A DNA stretch of 64,000 nucleotides from Lama guanicoe (lineage: Eukaryota). The stretch's first letter is position 1, and each line of letters starts with the position of its first letter. The DNA lies in contig MU053588.1 in the NCBI GenBank assembly GCA_013239625.1, positions 2,924,508 to 2,988,507 of the forward strand, in the 5' to 3' direction. Below, piece after piece: positions 1 through 14,298 of the stretch. The position numbers and the translations under genes were made by a program. The notes under the pieces were generated by a model that was given only the letters and a program-made list of their open reading frames with translations, did not search any database and was not told where the DNA came from.

Positions 1-90
1 AGAAAGAAAGCTGCCTCTTCTATTTCATCCAAAACTTTGTCCTTGAGTCTCAATTTGGTAAGTGGGGTATAGAGGCCATGTTTCAGCAGC
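1..90 (+). mobile_element. 3' end of an ERV LTR (partial)
   Basis: Ends ...GTTTCAGCAGCA; reverse-complement match to the LTR end at 38438-38530. Confidence 0.5.
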
Positions 91-2711
91 ATTGGGACTG
101 AAGCTAATAGATATGCTCATCATGTTTTCCAAGGATTATTTCATGTATGAAAGTTTTCAAATTCCTACAGGGCAATATGGCTACATTCTCATGGATAAGG
201 TATGAATATTTCTGACAGACAAATTAGTGGCATATCCAATAATCCAGTCACCAACATTCTTAAAGCAGATGTCTATTCTTTGATTGAAGATTGTTTTTAT
301 AAATTTACTGGGAAAAGTTATTCCAGTTGTACACAGCCAAACTGTCATGCCACTGTAAAAGCAATATCCTATATTGTCTTAAAGATGATGCACCATGAAC
401 CAAAACAGTGATTGTGGTGTAATTACTAATGATAAATCTAGCAGAGCATATATCTACTTTCTGGTGGTAGTATCTTCTCGTCCCTGCCTCCTCAAAAGTT
501 ACTCTCCAATCATATCAACAACCACTGGCCAGAAGTTTCCATCACCAACTCATTGATTTCTAAATCACTTTACCAATTCTACCTGCCAGGCAAAGATGAC
601 AGACTTGAACTTGTACACAGAAGGTTTTAGTAAATTACTAAGGAAGAATGTGACTTCACTGCCTAATCTATGGATTATGGAGACTTCCTTCTCTTGTGGA
701 GTTCAGGTCTCTGGTTTGGGACCTGAGTCAAAGAGGGGGCTCAAATTGGAGAGAACCCAGGGGATGGGGGAAGAAGAGGTCCACATTTGTTAAGGGGAAA
801 GATGCTGAAGGGTTTGAGCCTGGATAGGATTTGGAAAAAGAGATGGGGTTGTTTCAAAAGGTGAAAATCTGAAATGAAACACCCTGAGGGGGGTCTCTGG
901 AACCTCATGGCCCAAAAGCAGAGTAAGTGCCCACTGTGGGTGGTAGATGGCACATTGCTGGATTTGAGGACAGATATCCAGACATGACAGAGTAGAGCTC
1001 TCAGCCTTGAGCATTCAAGTGAGGAAAAAATAAGGGGCAGAAGAGGGAGGAAGCCTTCCAGAGGGGCAAACTGCCAAAAGACTTCAACCGGCCAGAAAAT
1101 TTCACTGTCTCTGTGGCATGCCAAACAGTACAAGGTGTTAAAAGTCAACACTGGAAGTAACCTGACTGTAAAGCACCTGAGGTCATATGAACATGAGAAG
1201 ACAATTAAGGGAGGAAAAAGTTCACAAGAAACACAAGAAATGATTCTAGTCAGAAATGGCATCTTTGCTCTTTCTGTTTTGCTCTTTTGCTATTTGCAGA
1301 TTATTCAGAGAGGAAGAAAAATCTTTCTTTTAAAACTTCTTCTTCAAAGCTAATCAGTCATCCAAGAGAGTTTTTTTTCCTTTTAACAGAGAGAATACCA
1401 ACTACCACTCTTAAGTCAGTAGACTATTTGAAATTAAAACTCCTCTCTATAAATTCTTATACGTAAACAACTACTGCATGATTCCACTTATATGAGGTTA
1501 TAAACTGGTCAAACACACAAAAATCACAAAAAGTGTAATTCCCTTTTAGGCATTGTCTAAGGTCTTCCTCTTGGAAAATGAGGACTCAGCAGCTTTCTTC
1601 CCTATCACCACTAAACATATGCACCCTTCCCACCTCCATCTTTCCAATATTTTCCTAAGAACAACATTTAGTGTAGACTTTATTATGTCTATTTAATGTT
1701 ATTGATGAAATAAAATTATTTTAAGGCAGGGCAAGAAAAATGTAAACGCAAAAATCGATCTGTTTTTGGGCTACCACCTCTCCCCTTTGCTGTACATTGT
1801 GCATCTGCATTATACATTAACTAGATACCATTAGAAGGCTCAGGAATGCCTGCTCAACAGAATAAAAATGCAATTTTGTTCTGGCACCAGCCAGGTAACT
1901 CCTTAAGAGATAACATTTCTTGTTTAATCCTGTGAGGGAGTCATGATGACCCACCTTGGACACACAGGTCTGGACTATATAAACTACAATATGGTACTTT
2001 GATGTATAATCCATTGTGTCAGAAATTTATGTAACTGTGCTCTGACCTCTAACCAGCATGGGCCCTTTGAGCCCCACGGACCTCTCAGTATCTCTCAGAT
2101 ATTCAGATCCCATTGTTTTAAGTGACAATACTAAAAATTTTATTTGAGCTGGTTTTATTTATGATGTGGACTCTTAAGGAGCACCTGTGTATTTCCTAGG
2201 CAGGGACCTACGGGGATCTGAGCAAGAGGACCAGGGGAGCATAGGTGGCTGGTTTTCATTAAGTTTGGCTTAATTGAAAAATAAGTTGATATATGGTCTG
2301 AACAAACTGCTAGTGAAATGAGAGACTGAATTTTTCAGCCTCAAAGAAAAGGGACACTTGCTCCGTCTGGCCGCAAGGTGCCCTCAGGGAACTGAGAACC
2401 TAGTGGAAATGTCTGAGGATTAATTCTCGCTAAGTGTAGTGGTCCCACAGGCATTCCCACTACAACCATTAAATAAATCTTGCTCATCTGGAAATCACGG
2501 TATAAAAGATTAATCATCTGGTGCTCCAAGCACCCATGGCAGCTTTAGACTGTTGGAAGGAGAAACCAAGACACGTAAAAGAGTAGAACAAACCCAAGGG
2601 TAACTCTTTGGGAAGCTAGACTCATAAGAAGCACACATCCAATCTACCACATTGTCCTCAGAAAATTGTTTAGGTCATGTCTCATATCTGTACTAGGCTA
2701 CCAAATTAATC

Positions 2712-4047
2712 ATAGGAAATTGTGCCTCTAAGGCCAAACAGTTCCCTGATGGACCTCTGGGAACCCCAGCTGGGTTTATGTAGAATATTTATGGAACTGA
2801 CATTTGCAAATATTTAACTAAATGGGAATGTCTGACCAAGGATAACCTGTCCCTGAGATGGCCAAAATGGGGCACCTTTGATTTACCTAAATTGGCTTAT
2901 TTGCCTGCTCAATTAGAAAAAAATGGGTAAAAGATCAAACAGCCAGAATGGGAGGCATTAAATTTTAATTGGTACCTTGAAGCCTCAAAACAAAATGATA
3001 AAATGGCTTCATCGCAAGAGACAAACCAAAAATTTTTAGAAATTAAGAAAGACCTCAGAAGCCATTGCTTTTCCTTCTCCTTTCTCTCCTCCTCCTTTAG
3101 CTCCTTCATATCATCTTCTTTCTGAGCTCCTATCCTGATTTCCCTGCTCTTCCACCTCCAATTTCAAAGGAAGAACTTAGACTCTGAGTCTAAGGGAAAG
3201 GATAAAACAGCCCTAAGATAATAGCTACTCCCTTTAAGGAGAAACCCACAAGTAGAGGGGAATCTATTCTTACCTCAGACTAGGACAGAGCTTAAGAACT
3301 TAACTAAGGATTTTCCAGATCCTTTACAGGATCCTTGGGGGTTTGCTAAAGAATTTGATCTTACATTAAGAATTTACAAGCCAGGATATTTAGACTTGTT
3401 CCAGCTCATACATTTACTAGTCTCTGAAAGTAAAGCAAAAGAATGGCTCCAAGAGATAGATTGGAAGATGTCTATGGAAGATTTTCATAAACATGAGAGT
3501 GAAGATCACCAGAAATAGAGAGAAACTGCCCATAACCTATATCAGGGTGTTCAAAAAATCTTCCAATCAAAAATAGATTGAGCAAAAGTCTGTAAATGCA
3601 AAAAAAAAAAAAAAAAGTCCAGGAGATACTACTTTTGATTTGAAATAGAAAGATTTGAAAAGACATTCAGACAGGGATCCAGAGAGTTTCCTGAACCTTC
3701 AGAACAATCCAGTAGTAAATTCTATTTTTCTAGAAGGAATAGATGAAGAATTGGCATGACTGGTTAAAAGATATGAACTTGACTGGGCTACTCTGCATAC
3801 TCACATGCTTGTCACTGTTGCTGTCAAGCTCTCCAAAGCCTTACAGAAATGAGAAAAAGAAAGAGCTGTCAAGATTATGAATGGACAGCTACAACAGTGC
3901 AGTGGCCCATGAGGAACACCTGGCCCAAATTTCAGTCATTCTCAGAAACAACCACATCTGCATTTATTGCAAAAAGCCTGGGCATTTTAAAAGAGACTGC
4001 CACAAGTTTAAAAGAGATTTAGAACAAGGCAAGATCAACAAAGAATA
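2712..4047 (+). pseudogene. gag: ERV gag pseudogene
   Basis: MA-like WPKWGTFDL, CA-like DFPDPLQDP, CCHC knuckle; disrupted. Confidence 0.75.
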
Positions 4048-4098
4048 GGGATGCTCTGATGATCATAAGAGGGCATTCCCTTCCTCCTCACCAACACC

Positions 4099-5560
4099 TT
4101 GGAGGAAATTGAAGTAACAGTCAGAGGGGAAACTTCTAAGGCCTTTGTAGACATGGGGGCTACCTTATCTATTCTCAGCCCTATCCTCATTCATTGCCTT
4201 GTCTCTGGGAGTACACAGTCAATTCAAATGGTAAGTATTTCTAACTTACCTATGCAAGTTTTAAACTCACAGCCAATAACTTTCCAGCTAGGAACTATCA
4301 CAGAAGAGTTTTGTGTTCCTTCTGGTGGAATGTACTCCAATTGATTTGATAGAAAGGGACCTTTTAGAGGTCTATATTGTCTTTTCACCTAGGGCTAAGT
4401 GATTTTAGATTTAGAAAACTTAGATGCAGACCAGAACATAATTGTGGAGAAATTGACGGTTGTGAAAACCAAAATTCAGGTAAATTGAGAGGAAATTAAT
4501 GATTCACTCTTATAAGCACCTGAGGAATTATGGTCATCTTCCTCAGAAACTGGGGGAATCAAGTCAGCTACTGCTATTTATGTAAAATCGGTAATTCCAA
4601 GCCTCTACCCAAAATCTGACAATATCCACTTAGACCAGAGGCATTAAATGGATTAAGGCTTGTCATTCAGGAATTCCTTGACAAAAAACTTCTAATTCCT
4701 CTACCAGTCCTTGCAATATTTCCACTTTGCTGGTAAGAAAGCCAAATGGAAAATGCTGGAGGTTTGTCCAAGCACTATAAATAACATGGTAATCTTCACC
4801 ACCTTGTGGTTCCTAACCCTCAGCCCTGCTCTCAGCCATTCCAGCAGACATCTTTTGCTTTTGGTAATAGAACTATGCAGTGCATTCTTTAGTATTCCAA
4901 TGGAAAAGGAAAGCCAGTATCTTTTTGTCTTTACGTGGGAAGATTATCAGTATACCTGAAGAGTATAGCCACAGGGCTATACTGAAAGCCCTACTCCTTT
5001 TTCTCAAATACTTAGTTAATTTGGCTGAAGTAAACTTTCCTAATGACTATTGTTTAATTCAATATGTAGATGATTTGCTTTTGTGTTCTAGAATTGAACA
5101 GGACTTTCAAAGTAATACTATCTGTTAGAACAGTTAGCCTCTAAGGGGCTTAAGGTATCCAAAGGTGAACTGCAAGTCTGCTTAACAATTGTAAAATATT
5201 TAGGTCACTTGATACTTAAGGAAAGATTGTTAATCGATTTGGAAAGAATTGAGGGAATCCTGGCTTTCTCGCTTCCCCCCAAAAATAACTAAGATGATTT
5301 CTAGGTCTAATTGGATATTCTAAGTTATTGGGTACCTAATTATTGCCTCGTTGTAAATCCCTTTACATGTTACCTAAGTCTGACTGATCAGACCCAAATG
5401 AATGAACAATAGAAGAAGAAAAGGCTATTGATACCTTAAAATCTGCACTGACTCAAGCTCTGGCACAGGGCCATCCTAATTTTAAATTATCATTTTTTTC
5501 TCTTTTTGTATGAAGATCTAGGAAGTGCCCTAGGTGTGCTAACTCAGAGGCATGGTGATC
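4099..5560 (+). pseudogene. pol: ERV pro-pol pseudogene (protease and RT, truncated)
   Basis: AFVDMGATLSIL; ELCSAFFSIP..ESQYLFVFTW; YVDD. Confidence 0.85.
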
Positions 5561-8500
5561 AGTGAGCTGAGAGACAGTGCAGTGGAAATCATGCAGGCTG
5601 AACAGAAAAAAAAAGAGAAAAAATAATTTAAAAAATACGGACAGTCTAAGAGACCTCTGGGACAACATCAAGCATAACAATATTTACATTATAGGGATCC
5701 TAGAAGGAGGAGAAAGAGAAAGGGGGCAGAGAACATATTTGAAGACATAATAGCTATGAACTTCCCAAACCTGGGAAAAGAAACAATTATCCAGGTCCAG
5801 GAAACAGAGAGTCCCAAAGAGAGCCAATCTAAGACACACTGTAATTAAAATTGCAAAAACTAAAGAAAAAGAATATTAAAAGCATCAAGGCGAAGAGCAA
5901 CTAGTTATATAAAGAGCTCTCTCATAAGACCACCAGCTGACTTTTTAGCAGAACTCTGTAAGTCGGAAGGCAGTGATGCAATATAATTAAGGTAATGAAA
6001 GGGAAAAAACCTATAACCAAGACTACTATACCTAGTAAGGCTTTCATTCAGATTTGAAGGGGAGATCAGTAGTTTTAAAGATAAGTAAAAGCTAAAAGAG
6101 TTCAGCACCACAAAGCTAACGTTACAAAAAATGTTAAAGGGACTTCTCTAAGCAGAAAAGAAAAGGCCACAACTAGGAATATAAAAATCATGCAGGGAAA
6201 AATCCAATTGGTAAAGGCAAGTGTACGGTAAAGTTAGTAGATCAACCACTTATAAAACTAGAAGGAAGGTTAAAAGGCAAAAAATAGTAAAATCATCTAT
6301 TTCCACAATAAGTAGTTGTAGAATACTACTAATGAGTAAAATGTGATGGCAAAAACAGCAAATGGTGGGGGAGTAGTAAAAATGCAGGGTTCTTAAAATG
6401 CATTCAAATTTATGAGATCAGATATCTACCTATCTATCTTATAGTAACCATAAACCAGAAATCCACAATATATACTCACAAAAAGAGAAGGACATCCAAA
6501 CATAACACTAGAGATAATCATCAAATCACAATGGGAGAGAGGAAAAGAAGAAGAAAGGGGGAAAAAAGAACCACAAAAACAACCCCCAAACAATTAACAA
6601 AATGGCAATAGGTACATACTTATCAATAATTACTTTAAAAGTAAATGGACTAAGTGCTCCAATCAAAAGGCACAAAGTGACTGAATGGATACAAAAACAA
6701 ATCCTACATGCTGTGTACAACAGACACACTTCTGATCTCAAGACACAGACTAAGAGGGAGAGGATGGAAAAAGGTATACCATGTAAATGGAAACAAAAAG
6801 GAAGCCGTGGTAGTAATAGTTATATCAGATAAAATAAACCTTAAAACAAAGACTGTAACAAGAGATGAATTAAGACAATATATAATGATAAGGTGTCAAT
6901 CCAAGAAGACATAACAGTTATAAGTATGTACATCCAACATAGGAGCACTTAAATATATAAAGCTAATACTAACAAACATAAAGGAAGAAATTGACAGTAT
7001 ATAATGATAGTATGGGACTTTAGCACCCAACTTATATCAATGGACCAATCATCCAGACAGAAAATAAGTAAGGAAACACTGGGCTTAAATGATTCATTAG
7101 ATCAAGTGGGCTTAATAGATATGTATAGAAAATTCCATCAAATCGGCAGAATGCACCTTCTTTTCAAGTGCATATGGAGTATTCAAGTGCACATGGATCA
7201 CATGCTAGACCACAAAACAAGCACTGGTAAATTTAAGATTGAAATCATATCGAACATCTTCCCCAACCACAACATTATGAAACTAGAAATCAACTACAAG
7301 AAAAAAATGCAAAACCCCAAAACATATGGAAGCTAAACAACATGGTACTAAACAACCAATGGGTCAGTAAAGAAATCAATGAGGAAATTAAAAAAATGAG
7401 ACAAATGAAAATGAAAACACAATGATCTAAAATCTATGGGAAGCAGCAAAAGCAGTTCAAAGAGGGAAGTTTATCAAGCCTGTCTCAGAAAAAAAGAAAA
7501 ATCAGATGAGCAACCTAACCTTACAATCAAAGGAACTAGAAAAAGAATAAATAAAACCCAAAGTAAGTAAAAGGAAAGAAATTAAAAAAAGTCAGATCAG
7601 AAATAAGTAAAATACAGACTAAAAAATAATAGAAAAGATTAATGAAAGTAAGAATCGTTCCTTTGAAAAGAAAGAGAAAATTAATAAACCTTTAGCCAGA
7701 TTCAATAAGAAAAAAAGTGCCAAATAGCAAGAATCAGAAATGAACAAAGAGACGTTACAACTGACATTACAGAAAGACAAAGGATCATAAGAGATTACTA
7801 TGAGCAATTTCACCCCAATAAAATGGACGACATAGAAGAAATGGAAAAATTCATTCCCAAGACTGAATCAGGAAGAAATAGAAAATAAGAACAGACCACT
7901 TACCAGTAATAACATTTAATCAGTAATTTAAAAACTCCCAACAAACAAAAGTCCAAGACCAGATGACTTCACAGATGAGTTCTAACAAACACTTAGAGAA
8001 GAGTTAGCTCCTATCTTTCTCAAACTATTCCCAAAAATTGCACAGGAGGAAGCTCTTCCAAACTCATTCTATGAAGCCAGTATCACCCTGATAAAACCAG
8101 AAAAAGATTTCTAAAAAATAAAAATTACAGGCTAATATCACTGATGAACATAAGTGCAAAAATCTTCAGCAAGATATTAGCAAATTGAATTCAACAATAC
8201 CTTAAAAGGATCATACACTATGATCATGTGGAATTTATCTCAGAAATGCAAGGGTGGTGCAATATCCACGTATCAATCAATGTTATATACTACATTAAGA
8301 AACCAGAATAAATATCATATGGTCATCTCACTAGATGCAGAAAAAGCTTTTTGACAAAATTCAACATCCATTTATGATAAGATCTTGCAACAAAGTGGCT
8401 ATAGAGGGAACATACCTCAACATAATAAAGGCCATATATGACAAAACTACAGCTAACAATATACTCAAAAGTAAGACGCTGAAAGTGCTTTCTCTAAGAT

Positions 8501-9370
8501 CAGGAACAAGACAAATATGCCCACCCTTGCCACTTTTATTCAACATAGTATTTCAATTTTAAGCGACAGCAATCAGACAAGAAAAAGAAATGAAAAGAAT
8601 CCAATTTGGAAAGAAAGAGGTAAAGCTGTCTTTGTTTGCAAATGACATGATACGATACATAGATAATCCTAAAGATGCCACCAAAAAAAAACTATTAGAG
8701 ATCATCAATGAATTTGGTAAATTTGCAGGATAAATTAACATACAGATATATGCATTTCTACATGCTAACAACTATCATAGAGAGAAATTCAGAGAACAAT
8801 TCCATCTATCATCCTATCAAAAAGAATAAAATACCTAGGAATAGATTTACAAAGGAGTTAAAAGTCCTGTGTTCACAACTATGAAACTATGACATGCATG
8901 AAAGAAAATGAAGATGACACAAACAGGTGGAAAGATGTACAGTGCTCATGGCTTGGAAGAATTAGTATTTTTAAAATGACCATAGTACTCAAGGCAATCT
9001 ACAGATTCAATGCTATCTCTCTCAAAATACCAATGGTATTTTTCAAAGAACTATAACAAATAAATCTAAAATTTGTATGGAATCACAGAAGACCCCGAAT
9101 AACCCAACAATCTAAAGAGAGCAAAACAAAGCTGGAGGAAACATAATCCCTGATTTCAAACTATACCCCAAAGCTACATCAATCAAAATAGTATGATACT
9201 GGCACAAAATAGACATACAGATCGATGGAACAGAAATATAAAGCCCAGAAATGAACTGGCACTTATACTAGCAATTAATCTATGACAAAGGATGCAAGAA
9301 TGTACAATGGGGGAAAGACAGCCTCATCAATAAATGATGTTGAGAAAACTGGATGGCTACAGGCAACAAT
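5561..9370 (+). mobile_element. LINE-1, 5'- and 3'-truncated, decayed ORF1 (3' half) and ORF2
   Basis: ORF2 start MAIGTYLSIITLKVNGLSAPIKRH at 6602; RT fragments [18 protein letters not shown]. Confidence 0.95.
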
Positions 9371-9374
9371 ACAA

Positions 9375-9700
9375 CTGTTTATTAATTAACATATGATATC
9401 ATTATGTCATTAATTAACTTACATATTTAAATATTTATATAATTTGAATTTATGTATAAATTAATATTAATGAAATATGGATCAATATCAATATAATATT
9501 AATAATTATAGTACATTATAAAATATTTAAATTATATTAAATTATTAAATAGTGTGATACATTATTAATAGTAATTAATATATAAATAGTATGTAATTAA
9601 TATTACAGCATTATATATTAATATATAATAATATATTAATACAATGTAGTACTACTTTATATTAATATTATTATTATATACCATTAATATATCTACTACT
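9375..9700. repeat. AT-rich low-complexity tract
   Basis: Almost entirely A/T, degenerate TATTAA/ATATT units. Confidence 0.85.
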
Positions 9701-10713
9701 CCTACAAAAATGATGAATGCTGATTGTATTTTAATATCATGTGAGGGTTTTCTTTGCTTTAAAAACTTCATAGTTTGGGCCTCTGACAATTATTGGCCAG
9801 ATATTTTGGTCTGATCAAACCAACAACCAATTTTGAGATGATTCTAGCATTAAAAAGAAAAATGTAAACATGTTGATTATACAGAGAGCCATAATAATCA
9901 TTTTTAAAAAGAAAGACAGGCAAAACAATTCCCTATCTATTCTCATTGCAGGTGACAATGACCATACATCACCCTGAAAGTTCGGGCATCTAGAACGTCT
10001 TTCCAGAGGCCTGTCCTCCCAGCAGAGAGGCTGGGATGAAGGAGGTGGTAGGAAGACCAGTTAGGAGACTGTTGCTACAACACCATGTAGGAGTCAGGGT
10101 GGTTTGGGGCTGAATTTTGCATTCTATTGATATAATGCAATTAGACTGGCAGTAAGTAGAGATTAGTGTGAGAGCAAGAGGTACCAAGTTTAATGGCAAG
10201 TTTTCCCACCGGAGTCCCTATAAGGATAGAGTTCACCTTGACAAAGAAGAGGAAGGCTTTGGGAGGATCAGGTTGGAGGTAGGGGGAATAAAGGTCTTGG
10301 TGTGAACAGGTTATGTTGGAGATACTTCATGACAGCCAAGACACATACTCCACGTTGAATTAACTCACTCTCTTCCAATCTTCTTGAAAACAATGTTAAG
10401 CCTGGAACAGCAATTCCCAGAATCTCTTACAACAGATTCATGTTGGGCGAGAGGGAGGTCATTTCAAGGGCAGCAGAGGTCAGCATTCTGACAGACTTTC
10501 AGAGACTTATAATAACAGAGCAGAAGAGGTCAAACTTCTCCAAGGCCCCATTCAAAATCCTCCAGGGTACCCTGTGGTGGGGTTGCCCTCTCTCAAAGGT
10601 ACAAACTGCAGTTCCTAATAAGAAAATAACTTTTTATTTCCAAAAGGAGCCCATCAACCCATGGTCATTCCTAGGGGCAGAACCAGCTCCTTAAATTGCA
10701 GGATTGAGTGGAC

Positions 10714-11236
10714 TGTGAAAATGCAGGGCTAATGGTTGAAAAATCATTACAAATTTCAAGATGATGTCCAAATAAATGTAGGCACTTGCCTTCTACCTCT
10801 ACAAGGATTAGATCACAAGCTAATGCAGCCGCTGACATCAATATTCCCTGAAAGGAGTTCAGGGTGGAGATCGGGAATGAGACACTCCGTGCCCTGGGGA
10901 AAACTTGCAGAAGAGGCCTTCAGATTGTTAGATGTTTTCAGGAGATATTCTGAGCCCTAGTTCTTCTCTCTCCTCATATGCAGCAAAGCACTAAAATAAC
11001 TAATGGTGACATCTGCTCTGCTCCTTGTGACTAGCAGCAAGCCTCTGCCTAAATGTGTGCTTGGCTGCACACACCCTCCCTACACTAACATCATGTATAA
11101 CACTGAGCTCCCTGCTGCCTCTTCGGAGCAGTTACTCAGAGCTAAGATGCTGTCTACTGGACTACAGTTCTCATTTTGCCCCCAAATAAAACTTAACTCA
11201 AAACTCTCACACTGTGTGATTTTATTTCAGTCGCCA
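10714..11236 (+). mobile_element. ERV LTR (solo-like); 5'-truncated copies at 21069-21503 and 33805-34239
   Basis: TG...CA ends, AATAAA near the 3' end, similar to LTR 51533-52014. Confidence 0.75.
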
Positions 11237-11873
11237 GGTGGAACAGAGTATTAACCTAGCCGGGTGCTTCTGAGTGACTGACTGCTCAGGTTGCCAGTCC
11301 CTGAAGCCCACCCCGCCCCCGAAGGGCAAATGATATGTTCATGCTCCTTGTGAATCTGCTCCAACCTCAAGCCATACAAAACCTACAGGAATGGTAAGCC
11401 CTGACTGCCTTTACATCCCCAACGGGATAGTTTTCTTTCTTTTGAAAGTTTCCTATTTGGGGCTCTGACAATAATTAGGCAGGTATTTGGCTCTGGCCAA
11501 ATCAGTGACCAAATCTGAGATGATTTACCACAGAAAGAGGAATACGTGAAACACACTGATGATGTACACAGTTATAACTTTCCTCAAAAAAGAGATGGCA
11601 AAAACCTTCTCCTAATCTAGCCCCACCGGAGGGTGACAATATCCAAGTCCTCACCCTGAAAGTTGGGGCTTCCAGCCTGGGTCCTGTCCTCCCAGCAGGA
11701 CTGGGCTCCAGGGCTGAAGGAAGCCCCTTTGCACAGGAGGTGCCTGCATCTGAAGGCAGGAGGGAGGAGTCAGTGACTGTCCTTGTGCACTTGGACAACA
11801 GGCCCAGGCCAGAAACAGGGTGGGGATGCAGCAGTGGTCAGGGGGTGGAGCTGGGATGTGACAGCCACAGGCA

Positions 11874-12263
11874 CTAAGGTGCCCCCTTTGACCCCCACAG
11901 CATCTGAGGGACTATGGAGGTAATAATGTTGAGAATACAGGGCAGCATTAAACCACAGTCCTTACTGTTGGTTTGCAGCTTAGTATCTTTTTTAAAAAAG
12001 GTGATACTGTTTTTAAGCATTTCATCACCAACTGGTTGTATAGAACTAGAGCCAACTTGCCCACTACAAATACAGGCATCCTCCCGATTAAAAGTTAAGA
12101 CATCTGGTCTAACAACAGCATTGATTATTTCTTGGGCCATATCATTCTTTGTGTCTCTTAGGGATATCCTCATCTCATCTATGAGAAATGTACCCACGAT
12201 ATCCACGAGAACTCCCATGGCATTGTCCTTTGCACATGAAATTAATGAATGCTTCAAAAACAC
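11874..12263 (-). pseudogene. Unknown ORF family, type III (GTG at the homologous start; probable pseudogene or divergent paralog)
   Basis: Aligns with the 102-aa ORFs with one gap (K....S..KD.....L.....TFL; L.N...FFKK[DE]); upstream DNA also homologous. Confidence 0.6.
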
Positions 12264-13494
12264 AATGAGTGTGAATTTTTACATTTTGTTTTGTTTTATT
12301 TTGTTTTGTTTTTCGCTTCAGTCCTGGATCTGACTTCATCCCTGGAGAGTCAGCCATGGAAGAAGTAAAAGATATGACATCTGCTCACCCCATACATCAG
12401 AGGTGCTCCTGGTCAGTGAGCATGAGTCACGGTGCCCAGAACCACCAGCCATCTTCATGAAGTCCCCACCCTCCAGCCAGACTGGCTTATGTGACCTGTG
12501 GCCATAGCCTGCAAGATAGCAAGATTCCCAGGAGGTTTTGAGGAAGTGAAAATGACTGAGGCCCCTGGAGAGGCTGAAGAGAGGAGGGAAGTGCAGGGGG
12601 AAGTGACAGAGTTGACGGCTCGGATGGCCTAAGAGTGTGTGGACCCCCGAAAACAGACAAAAGGGGGAATACCCTGGGGGACTGGGGATAAACTTGAAAG
12701 GAGGGTAACTCCACAGGAGTCGCATCTATTTCCACACAGTTATCCTTCTTCATGTATTAAAGGCTTCCATAGGATAATATGCTCCTTCAAACACTAATCG
12801 AAACTGGCCCTTTTTGGACACATCTTCCCATCAATGGTTGGTTTGATGTTAAACCTACTAGGATTCAGAAATTGTGTATGAAGTCACTGTGCCCGAATTA
12901 GTCCAGTTTAAAGACTTCTTTCCCTCGGGAGCATGTAACACATTCCACTTAAGAACACCTGACAAAGTGTTGACAATATTGTAATATGATAGGGATCTAG
13001 GCTGAGGCTCAAGACTGAAAGGACTATCAGGACTTGCTCCTTCTGTTTTTGTTTTAGAGTGACAGGGCTTCTCATTGATGATGAGGTTGATATTTCAAAC
13101 CCTAGGTTTGAGTGTCGAGGCTGAAGAGTCAGATCATTGCAGGCTGCATGTTTCATGGTCAGCCCCAGGAGAGGTTCCTCAGCGGGTGGTTGTTCCTCTC
13201 ACATCTTTTCCCCTCCAGTCTCTATTGACCCCTGCAAGGATTCCTCCTGCGACTTCAGAGATCCATCACTACCCTGCACCCCTGCCATGTGTATCCGGAA
13301 GGGCAGCCTCTGCTAAGCTGGTCTCTCAGACCACTGGCAGACAGTGATGTCAGGAATTAGGGACTTGCAAGCAGCACAGACTCCTGGGGAAAGGGAAGGT
13401 CAGCTCAACAAGCCCAGGGCGTGACTCCAGTGCGGGGATTATGGCCCAGGCCTGTTTGTGAGGTCCAGAAACTATAGTAAGAAATGTGTCCTGG

Positions 13495-13991
13495 AGAAAT
13501 GGAAATCAAAACTACACTGAGATATTACCTCACACCCATTAGGATGGATCCAATTAAAATACATAAAAACACAAGTGTTGGTGATGATGTGGAAAAATTG
13601 GAACCCTTGTGCACTTTGGTGGGAATGTATAATGCAACAACTGCTTTGGAGAAGAGTATAGTGGTTCTTCAAACACTTTAACATAGAACTACCATATAAT
13701 CCAGCAAGTTCACTCCTGGGTATACGCCCAAAGAATTGAAAGCAGGGTCTCAAAGAAACATTTGTCCACACGTGTTCATAGCAGCATTATTCACAACAGC
13801 TAAAATGTGGAAGCAGCCCACGTGACCACTGATAGACGAATGGATAAGCCAAATGTGGTATATATGTACAACAGAATTTATTCACAACAATGTGAAAGTC
13901 TTCATTACCAGTGAACTGTACCCTTAAAAATGGTTCAGATGGTAAATTTTATGTTATGTGCATTTTGCCACAATAAAGAAAGAAAAAAAAA
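13495..13991 (+). mobile_element. L1 3' fragment (ORF2 C-terminus, 3' UTR, A-tail); copy at 23762-24258
   Basis: EMEIKTTLRYYLTPIRM; AATAAA followed by an A-rich tail. Confidence 0.9.
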
Positions 13992-14298
13992 GGAATCATG
14001 TCTCTTAATGTGAATTGAAATGGTATCCTTGAATCCAGGGTGAAGATGGTCCCAAGTGCCTCATCTGGCTCTCTTGGTGCTGATGATGGTTGATGTTCTG
14101 AGCAGTTGTCTTGCTTCTATTTCCCATGACTTTGCAGCACCCACAAGCTCTGAGAGGGTTCCCTTGCTGCCCTAACCTGGGGGTTGTGCCTGGGAAGAAG
14201 TGAATCAAGGGAGACTGCTTTGTACCCCTTTGAAAAATGTTCTCCTTGCCTCAACCATCTGTTAATGTCATGGGTAATTCTCCTCCACCCTCCTCTTC

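Larger units (their letters stand above)
1697..5560 (+). mobile_element. Decayed class I ERV (probable LTR, leader, gag-pro-pol), cut off by an L1 insertion; 5' boundary approximate
   Basis: Zinc knuckle CIYCKKPGHFKRDC (~3958-3999), protease motif FVDMGATLS (4099-4344 ORF), RT motif QYVDDLLL (~5059-5082); many stops and frameshifts. Confidence 0.85.

Noticed and set aside
741..1262. 173-aa minus-strand ORF
   Set aside because: No recognisable domain or gene context; likely chance.
11874..12263. Non-retroviral endogenous viral element (borna, filo or herpes)
   Set aside because: No motif match I can recognise; the family has host-like acceptor and polyA context. A profile search is needed to exclude it fully.
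11914..12333. 139-aa plus-strand ORF
   Set aside because: Antisense shadow of the minus-strand ORF, which is the frame with paralog support.
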